64,000 nucleotides of DNA from Acidobacteriota bacterium (lineage in GTDB: Bacteria; Acidobacteriota; UBA6911; RPQK01; JAJDTT01), in contig OZ242374.1 of the NCBI GenBank assembly GCA_965209055.1, forward strand, positions 1,664,001 to 1,728,000, read 5' to 3'. Under the pieces are notes generated by a model. It did no database searches and was not told the origin of the DNA. It saw nothing but the letters and a program-made list of their open reading frames with translations. The translations under genes were made by a program, and so were the position numbers. Shown here in pieces: positions 52,599 through 59,943 of the stretch (positions are counted from its first letter, which is position 1; each line of letters begins with the position of its first letter).

Positions 52599-52898
52599 TC
52601 ACTTGGGGTGAGCAATCTCGAAGCTCACGATCAAAGAAGCCTCGTGACTTTCCCCATCGCCCATCCTTTTGGCTTCTCGCAAAGCTCGGAACGCTCTTTC
52701 CATAACCGTGAGGTCCGCCCTCTCAAGTCTACGATTGTTGCAGATAGGACAACAATCGATGCTTTTTGCTCTGAAGGAAGGGCCAGGCCCTTTCAGTGAG
52801 AAGACCGTTTCGCCCTTACACTTTTCATCAGGGCAGATGACCCGCATCTTAAGAATGTCTTGAGCTCCGAAAACAATCCTTTTTTCCTTCACTATCAT
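52599..52898 (-). CDS. small Cys-rich (Zn-ribbon-like) passenger protein
   Basis: CPDEKC...CPIC; TATAAT-GGAGG directly upstream of ATG. Confidence 0.7.
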   Translation of the reverse strand: MIVKEKRIVFGAQDILKMRVICPDEKCKGETVFSLKGPGPSFRAKSIDCCPICNNRRLERADLTVMERAFRALREAKRMGDGESHEASLIVSFEIAHPK

Positions 52899-52926
52899 AC
52901 CTCCATTATACTAGTATTTTATACAG

Positions 52927-54543
52927 TTATTCGGAAGAATCAGGACACCCTTGTGGAGGATCAGATGCTGAAACGTTTACTGGATCAGTGTCTTTCCAAT
53001 ACGTCACCTTTGCTTCATAGAACTCAGAATAGTTCGGATGTTCAGGCAATTGGAGTTTGTAACCTCTAGGGTGTTTCCAAATGTCATCAGATGGCACCCG
53101 AATAGACTTCTTGTACCAAATAGGTGATCCAGCCCAAGGTCGTTGATAAGTCACTTCCACTGGATCTGCTTCTTCCATTCGTCGGTGATATGCACTGAGA
53201 TTTGGGTTGTCACTACTTGTTGAGCCGGAGAAGGAGCCCGAACCTCCTATCCTTTCGTGCAGGTGTAATTTGGCAGCGGCAAGGCATTGGCTTTCACCGT
53301 ATTCGGTAATCCAAAATATCTGAGCACCGGTTACATAATCGATTATTGGAGCATACCGAGAATTTTGGTGCGCTCGTCTTTTTCCCTCGTACGGAGGGGT
53401 AGGATAAATCTCAATCCTCTGCACGGCGGGTAGTTCTCCTGTTCTGTCTCTTCTAAAAGCTCCGACGTGGAGGGCTTCATCCCCGGAGACGTTATCAGGA
53501 GCATGAGTAGGGCCTACTCCACCATTTTGAGACAGGACATCCCACCAACCGCCTGGAGAACAATCATCTGGAGAAACGGGAGACGGCCCATCCCAAAAAC
53601 GACGCCAACGCAAAGCGTGCCAATCAGCGTTTCCTTGTTCTCGAGGAAACAACTCCAAAACCATTAAGGTTCGAGGCAGGTAGTCTAAATCGTTGTCTAC
53701 TTCAAGCAGATAGTTGGTGAACCTACCAACCACACGACGATTGACTCGATAGAATTCGGAACCCACATTGATCCCAAACTCATAGACTGGTATTACGATT
53801 TCATCAGTCAGGGTACGGACACACTCATGGGTCTCCAAAACTTTGGGATTTAGATGGTCGTATTCTTTAACGGGAGCCAAAGATGCTTCTACACGACTGC
53901 CACGACTGCATTGAGTCTCATCTAGGATAAAACGGTGTATGGAAGATGCTCCTGGACTCAATCCATAATCTCGTATTGGAAGGACGGTTTTGTCTCCGAC
54001 AGGAATGAAAGGCGTCGCAAAGTAACTGCCTGGGTTCTCAATTGGATCGTACTCGGTGATCCTCCATTGTTGGACGCCTTGACAGTCGTTTCCTTTGGTA
54101 TTCGCTTGGAGGTAAGAAAGATGGATAATCTGGCCGTCATGATGATCTTGGTCAAGATCAACACTTAAGTTACATTGCTCATGTATCATATGAGGGATGT
54201 CTCCGTAAGGAGTTGAGAAGACCCCTCCCTTCGCCCCTGTAAGAAACGCAAACGCAATCAAGACCCTCACAACCTTTTTCGATGTGGAGTTCTTTGATTC
54301 GTTCCGGTCCTTAATCCACAAGATAATAGCAATGAGCAAGGCAAAGGGCAGAGCAGTAAATACGAGTGTTGCTAAGATTGCAGCAATACCTAATCCGCTC
54401 AGTGTCAACCCGAGCAGGATAGATCCTAACGATCCGCTGGCGGCAAGTATGACACCACCTGCGATTATAAGAACTGCAACTAACCCGTGTATACCTTCCT
54501 TATTGTTGAGTATCCCTTCGCACATCTCCCGGAAATCTCGCAT
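52927..54543 (-). CDS. 538-aa membrane-anchored hypothetical passenger protein
   Basis: long ORF in low-GC DNA, GAGGAGG RBS, N-terminal TM helices. Confidence 0.75.
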   Translation of the reverse strand: MRDFREMCEGILNNKEGIHGLVAVLIIAGGVILAASGSLGSILLGLTLSGLGIAAILATLVFTALPFALLIAIILWIKDRNESKNSTSKKVVRVLIAFAFLTGAKGGVFSTPYGDIPHMIHEQCNLSVDLDQDHHDGQIIHLSYLQANTKGNDCQGVQQWRITEYDPIENPGSYFATPFIPVGDKTVLPIRDYGLSPGASSIHRFILDETQCSRGSRVEASLAPVKEYDHLNPKVLETHECVRTLTDEIVIPVYEFGINVGSEFYRVNRRVVGRFTNYLLEVDNDLDYLPRTLMVLELFPREQGNADWHALRWRRFWDGPSPVSPDDCSPGGWWDVLSQNGGVGPTHAPDNVSGDEALHVGAFRRDRTGELPAVQRIEIYPTPPYEGKRRAHQNSRYAPIIDYVTGAQIFWITEYGESQCLAAAKLHLHERIGGSGSFSGSTSSDNPNLSAYHRRMEEADPVEVTYQRPWAGSPIWYKKSIRVPSDDIWKHPRGYKLQLPEHPNYSEFYEAKVTYWKDTDPVNVSASDPPQGCPDSSE

Positions 54544-54581
54544 GACCCCTCCTCTCGACTTGGGTAGAATGGTGGGATGGA

Positions 54582-54674
54582 GGCAGGGTGGACGAAGATT
54601 GGATTAAGTCGCCCGACTGAAAATCGGGTAGGGTTGAAAGGCCCTCGCGGGTTCAACACCCGTCCCTGCCACCA
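54582..54674 (+). tRNA. atypical class II tRNA, anticodon GAA (Phe), Ser-type long variable arm
   Basis: GGCAGGG/CCCTGCC-A-CCA; CCCGA-CTGAAAA-TCGGG; V-arm AGGGTT-GAAA-GGCCCT; GCGGG-TTCAACA-CCCGT; TAGAAT at 54565. Confidence 0.85.
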
Positions 54675-54704
54675 TCAAGCATCAATATATGATACTTCCC
54701 ATAT

Positions 54705-54968
54705 TCACAGGGGCCAGGTTGGGAACGGTGGAGGAGTCAGCCAGACACACTCATCATTGAAGATTCTCAATGTCCAGCCGTTTTCCTTCTCGCGGAACTT
54801 GGCATGAGCTCTCAACGCTCCTCGGTTGAGGGATTTCACTTTCCATAGCACCGCAGTCTCTTTCGAGAGTCTGGCCAGGTCGGCCCAGGTGATTGGGCCG
54901 TGGACTGACATGAGGTGATCGAGGAATCGAACGTGGTGTTTGAATTCGTGGGGTGCTTTGTGGGACAT
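54705..54968 (-). CDS. 87-aa hypothetical protein downstream of RNA switch copy 1
   Basis: GTAGGAG SD upstream of ATG (MSHKAPH...). Confidence 0.55.
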   Translation of the reverse strand: MSHKAPHEFKHHVRFLDHLMSVHGPITWADLARLSKETAVLWKVKSLNRGALRAHAKFREKENGWTLRIFNDECVWLTPPPFPTWPL

Positions 54969-54976
54969 CGACGGGT

Positions 54977-55209
54977 CTCCTACGCTGTCCAGGTGGAATC
55001 CACCGTGGACTGTTGTCTGCAATCAGCACCCCAGTGCAGATAGGGAGCCGGGTCATCGCAGACAACGCATAGGAAGTCGGAAGTGCTCTTCCAGTCCCTG
55101 CCTATTCGCCCCGTCCGATTCATGACGTCGCACGGTTTATAATGCCTTTTGTATTTGGCAGGTGACCCGGCACAGGATGCGCCACGGGAAACCTACGGCT
55201 GTCTGCAAT
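54977..55209 (-). ncRNA. unrecognised structured RNA motif, copy 1
   Basis: GCCGGGUCA/UGACCCGGC pseudoknot helix, terminal GCAGACA(G/A)C repeats, GUCAUGA loop, anti-SD. Confidence 0.7.
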
Positions 55210-55313
55210 GCCGATCATAACAGACAGGACTGGAACGCTCAACTGCCGCTACTCTCGGGAACGGCTCCTCCCTACGCGGGGCAGAGCCCGCCATGATCGT
55301 GAGTCCAACAACC

Positions 55314-55553
55314 ACCTCCTACGTTGCCCGAAAAATTAGCAATCAAAACCAAAATGGCGATGCCTCCGAGCGGGTTGTCTACGCCGACGATCCCACGTCT
55401 GCACATTGTGGGAGCCGGGTCATTGCAGACAACACGTAGGAAGTGAAGTTGCTACTTATTTACTCAGCAAGGTCATGACTCCTTGCGATTACGAGCTATT
55501 GCATTCAGTAGCTGACCCGGCACACTTGCGGGAGAACCCTTAGCGTTGTCTAC
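55314..55553 (-). ncRNA. unrecognised structured RNA motif, copy 2
   Basis: same architecture as copy 1 with sequence-divergent but still paired stems. Confidence 0.7.
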
Positions 55554-55666
55554 GGGTGGATCTTACTGGAAGGAGGGCTGGATTGCAAACCCGCCCCACC
55601 CACAAAATTTTTCGAGCACTCGAAATACTTCTGAGGTTTGCAGTACAATACAGGTTACAACGAAGA

Positions 55667-55753
55667 TGGCAGGCGCCCCAGGCAGGATTCGAACCTGCAA
55701 CCTTCGGCTGCGATACCGTTGCTCATCCATCTGAGCTTCTGGGGCGCTTCGCC
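55667..55753 (-). ncRNA. tRNA-Arg-like RNA with degenerate anticodon arm and extended acceptor
   Basis: GCGCCCCAG/CTGGGGCGC, GCTC-AGATGGAT-GAGC, GCAGG-TTCGAAT-CCTGC, loop ATCGCA; TATAAT at 55754-55759. Confidence 0.75.
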
Positions 55754-55864
55754 ATTATAACCTACTCGGAGGGCAGAAAATGCGTCGTGGGAAGAACCGC
55801 AAGCCAGTTGACATTTTAGCCTTGGCAATGCAGAAAGCGCATCAGCAGGTCAGAGACGGGGACC

Positions 55865-56836
55865 TCAATTCTGAGACTCGTCCGACTCATCATCAGCAGT
55901 CAGATCAAGATACATCAGACGACGGCCGACCAGTCCCGCCACGATGTGCTTCATCTGATCAATAGTATCCAGCTCTCGGATATTGTGACGCTTGGCGAAC
56001 TCACTGACGTATCGGTGTAGGTGCTTTTCACTCATCTTGTGGAAAGTGCCCGTGTAGCCGCGTTTTAACATCGACCAAAAGGACTCCATGCCATTCGTGT
56101 GTGCCATGCCTCTGACATACTCGCCTACTGTGTGCTTGACAGATTCCCGTCTATGGCCCATCCAATCGTAGGCTGGATTCTCGTCTGTGTATGATCTCAC
56201 CCACAAGACAGAGTTTTCCAGGATGAACGTGGAAAGTGTTGCCTTGGTTGTATCGGGAACAACCCTAGCCCTGATCTGATTGGTCGGACGATCTTTCATT
56301 CCCACAACTGCGACTTTGCCAACAGACCCTCGACCAGAGAATTGAGCCCGGCGCTTGGCACTCATATTCCGCCTCTTGCCTCCAATGTAAGTCTCGTCAA
56401 TCTCCACCGGCCCGGACAGAGTCTCTGAGTCGTCCTCGGTCCAGGATTGCCGAAGTCGATGAAGCATGAACCACGCTGTGGCTTGTGTCACATCGATGTC
56501 TCGGTGGAGTTTCATTGAGGAGACTCCCTTGAGGTTCGTAATGTAGATGAAGATCGCCAAGGCCCATTTCTGTAACGGGACGTGGGATCTGGCCAAGGTC
56601 GTGCCAGTGCGGACTGAAAAGTAGCGCCGACAGTCAGAACACCAGTAAGGTTGAGGCCGTCGTTTCGGAGTCTCGTTCGTCTTGACGCTGCCGCAATGCC
56701 CACAGCATCGCTCATCGGGCCAGAGTACGGACTCGAACCATTTTTCCGCGGATTCCTCATCCGGGAACATCTTGAAAAGTTGGATCAGTGAGATTCCTTG
56801 TCGGTAAAACTTGCCTGGAGCTTTTGCTTTCTTCAT
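55865..56836 (-). CDS. IS1595 family DDE transposase
   Basis: Zn ribbon CGHC..CSDC, GVSSMKLHRD, VEIDETYIGG, YTDE, HTNGMESFWSMLKRG. Confidence 0.96.
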   Translation of the reverse strand: MKKAKAPGKFYRQGISLIQLFKMFPDEESAEKWFESVLWPDERCCGHCGSVKTNETPKRRPQPYWCSDCRRYFSVRTGTTLARSHVPLQKWALAIFIYITNLKGVSSMKLHRDIDVTQATAWFMLHRLRQSWTEDDSETLSGPVEIDETYIGGKRRNMSAKRRAQFSGRGSVGKVAVVGMKDRPTNQIRARVVPDTTKATLSTFILENSVLWVRSYTDENPAYDWMGHRRESVKHTVGEYVRGMAHTNGMESFWSMLKRGYTGTFHKMSEKHLHRYVSEFAKRHNIRELDTIDQMKHIVAGLVGRRLMYLDLTADDESDESQN

Positions 56837-56950
56837 TGTCTCCCTCTCAATTTCCTGAACATTTTATCACAGGACCCTGACATTTTTCTGTAGTAAGTCC
56901 TTTGTTATGTTTAGTTTACACAGATTGTCGTGAGGGCAGTACAATAAAAC

Positions 56951-57092
56951 ATGATGGCGGAGGGATGGACACAGCGGGGTACGATCCCGCGACCTCCCAG
57001 TTCTAAGTGCCCGTGGTAGGAAAAATTTTGGGCACCAGAGCCGGGTGTTCTGCCAGCATAAAGAACTATGCGGCCTTCGTCTCCGCCATCAT
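56951..57092 (-). ncRNA. tRNA-like RNA with hairpin inserted in anticodon loop and extended acceptor helix
   Basis: GGCCGCA/TGTGTCC, GTTC..GAAC, CCCGG/CTGGG, AGGTC, GCGGG-ATCGTAC-CCCGC; flanking ATGATGGCGGAG/CTCCGCCATCAT; TAGAAT at 57091-57096. Confidence 0.65.
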
Positions 57093-57127
57093 TCTACCAG
57101 ATTTCCAAGGGGAAGGGAAGATGGTGA

Positions 57128-57292
57128 GGCGCAAAGATTCCTGGCTTTCGGCTCTCCCAAGTGGCTTTCTTGTGGCAAGGGCCTGGGCTGGGGTTACATG
57201 CCCTGGAAGATCGCATCAAACTGGGCGCAAAGATTCCTGGCCCGGGCCTGGGGGAACCTGAAGCTGGGCCTAGGCTGGGGTTACGCGCCCTG
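57128..57292 (+). repeat. two tandem copies of a hairpin motif
   Basis: GGCGCAAAGATTCCTGGC...GGGCCT(G/A)GGCTGGGGTTAC..GCCCTG at 57128-57205 and 57223-57292. Confidence 0.7.
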
Positions 57293-57358
57293 TTGACCAT
57301 CGTAGCGGGTTCGATGTCTTTGGTCAATCAGGGGTACCTAGTCAACTGTATAATCCCC

Positions 57359-59562
57359 AATTGAATGACTGGGTGAATCGGGCCCGATGCTACATTCACG
57401 AGCACCAAGTCGGAAGTGATGGAGGAACCGTTGGCGAAATGGGGGAAATGCAAATGCATGTTGTCCTGCGTGCGCATCGGTGGAACCGGAACCACGGGCA
57501 AGGTCGTGAAGATCCGGTTCTGGAAATCCATCTCCAAAGCCACACCGGTGAACAGAGAATCCTCGGGAGCCATGCACCGAACCGATCCCACGAAGTTCCC
57601 CGTATAGGTCTCGGGGAATAATTCATCAATGAACTGGGCCGTCTGGCCGTGTCCAGCCAGCGGGATATCCACGTCGCCACGCAAGTTGTTCCTTTGCGTC
57701 AGTTGGCAACTCACGGTGATCGGATCCTCTCCCCGGTTACGAATCGCCACTCCAGTATTGATTCCTGATTCTTGGCGCCGCACAGGGAAAATCGCGTCCT
57801 GTACGGCTATTCCCGTACCCACCCCGGCGACTCCCATGTCCGAGCTGTCAAAGCGCAGAACTCCCCCGATGGGACCGTCCGCCACAGCCCTTGCCGATCC
57901 CGTGACCAAATCCCCTCGGCCATGGGTCGAGATCGTGAGTTGTCCCAGGGGTTCTATTTCCTTCCGTACGGTCAGGGACCCGTCGGCCCGGATCAAACGA
58001 TCCTCTCCGACATCCACTATGGATGCCGGGTCTATGAGGTTTCCCTCGGCGTCGAAAAAGTAGAGGGCCGGCTGGATGGGAGTGGCTCCAACATTCACGA
58101 ACACCAACTCGGAGCGAATGGACGCCCCGTTGGCAAATTGGGAGAATTCCAAGGAAAGTCCTGCCAGTACAGTCAGCGGCTCGGCAGATCTGATAAACGT
58201 GTAACCAAGACTGCCCCCAAGCTGGAGCGGGAGCTGTGCGATCTCGACGGTGACCGGAGAAGTCGTTCCAGACTGTCGAGCCACCGAATAAACGTCGCTT
58301 GTCTCTCGCCCTGCGGGAATCGTGACGTGGGATGAATCCCCGCGAAGCATGCCGTTGGTTACAATGATCCGCAGACGGATCTCAAAGGGTGCGCCAGTAG
58401 GCACTCTAAGCTGGAATCGGCCTGGAGCCACCCATTCCATAAAAACGTTGATGAGTAGACGATGCGCCGGATTGTTTCTCATCGTGAAAATTTGCATGGA
58501 AGAGAGACCGAAGAAGATGCCATCTGGCAGGCTGGTCAGCCTATTGTTGTCCAGATAGAGAGTTCGTAGTGAGGAAAGACCGGAGAACGCTCCCGCCGGC
58601 AAACTAACCAGTTTATTCCCACTCAGTACAAGCAGTTGCAGTGTAGAAAGTTCAGCGAAGGCTCCTACCGGAAGGGTAGTCAGCGCACTGTCATTCAGGA
58701 GGAGAGTTCGTATTGAGGTGAGGCCGGAGAACGCTCCCGCCGGCAAGCTGGTCAATTCATTCCCGCCCAGATGGAGATGTATCAGCGAGGAGAGGCCGGT
58801 GAAGGCCCCCACCGGCAGGGTGGTCAGCGCATTGTGAGACAGGCGGAGAAGCTTTAGCGAGGAGAGGCCGGTGAAGGCCCCAGCTGACAGGTTCATCAGC
58901 CCGGTCAGCGGCGTGTTGGGAAAGGATGAGTTGGAAGCACTAGCCAGGTTGAGTTCTTGCAGTGAGGAGAGGCCGGTGAAGGTCCCCGCCATCAGCCCGG
59001 TTAGCTTAGTAAATGACAGGTTGAGTTCTTGCAACGAGGGGAGGCCGGTGAAGGCCCCAGCCGGCAGACTGGTCAACTTTGTACTAGACAGATCGAGAGT
59101 TTCCAGTGAGGAGAGCCCGGTGAACACTCCCGCCGGTAGAGTGGTAAGGGGAGTCAGGTTCAAATAGAGCGTTGTCACCGAAGAAAGTCCCGAGAAATCG
59201 CCGACTCTCAACGCTGTCACTGGTGGCGGCGGCCGTCGTTCGCGGCTGGGGTTGTTCCAATCGGGCGAAGAGTAATACCCGCCGTGAAAAAACTCGCCCT
59301 CAATCGCAGCCAGATGAACCTCGGTCACGTCGGTGCAATCATCTATCCCCGACACCAGACTCACGATCTCGTCGCGCACCTCCGGGGTCCTGTCGCAGAC
59401 GGGGACGATCTGAGCTACGACTGGCTCTGACGCGGCCAGCAGGCCCAAGCTCAAGGTGACGGTTAACAGCGAGCTTCTGGATCGCTGCCGGCAACGATGC
59501 AGAATCTTCGAAAAGTGGACTGACATCTGAATGGCTCCTCCAGGTAGACGGTAGCGGCTCAT
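57359..59562 (-). pseudogene. leucine-rich-repeat secreted protein, 5' part (interrupted by the transposon)
   Basis: signal peptide, VCDRTP.VRD.I cap, LTSLPAGAF.GLSSL..L.L..N 24-aa repeats. Confidence 0.92.
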
Positions 59563-59724
59563 ACTGTATTCAGGGATGCAGAGGGGCTCCTGCTGGCCGA
59601 ATTGTAGTCCGGCCCACCGATCCGGTGGCCCGGGGCCGTACCTCGTTTTTTCCTGATGGGGTCACCGAGTCAGGGGGGTGGCCACGATTTCGGGAGTCCC
59701 AAGTCACACCGAGGGAGATGGACG

Positions 59725-59769
59725 ACGGCCATTAATTTCAGTTTACGGACGCGCTCCAGGGTCTCGCCG
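59725..59769. repeat. recombination-site-like repeat, right of LRR cassette
   Basis: ACGGCCATTAA-TTTCAG-TTTACGGACGC, same spacer as the 51903 site. Confidence 0.65.
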
Positions 59770-59943
59770 ACTCCGAGGGCCTCCAGAGTCGATTACAAGA
59801 ATTCGAAAGCGGATCCAACACGTAATTTCGGTCGGGACGCTCTCGGAGGGCTTATACTTCTTCTGGGCCGCGTTTCCGGAGGGCCATGAGTTGATCCGGA
59901 GTTCCCAGGTCTCCATGCAATAGGCAGCTTAGGGGCGCATGAG

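Larger units (their letters stand above)
52560..57358 (-). mobile_element. IS1595-family transporter IS (ISNwi1-like), 4799 bp
   Basis: TIRs GGGGATTATACAGTTGACTAGG(C/T)AC(T/C)CCTG (28/30); 8-bp TSD AATTGAAT at 52552-52559 and 57359-57366; internal transposase. Confidence 0.95.

Noticed and set aside
55012-55553. HDV-like, twister or hammerhead ribozyme assignment for the duplicated RNA
   Set aside because: Plus-strand topology is superficially HDV-like, but P3/L3/P1.1 and the catalytic J4/2 are absent and wobble pairs favour the minus strand; no hammerhead or twister core found
57001-57040. archaeal-type tRNA intron (BHB) or group I intron in the anticodon loop
   Set aside because: positions 32-35 do not pair with the insert's 3' end as BHB requires; far too short for a group I intron
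57128-57292. tandem c-di-GMP-I riboswitch
   Set aside because: only short motifs match; no GGCAAAC-GNRA stem or tetraloop receptor
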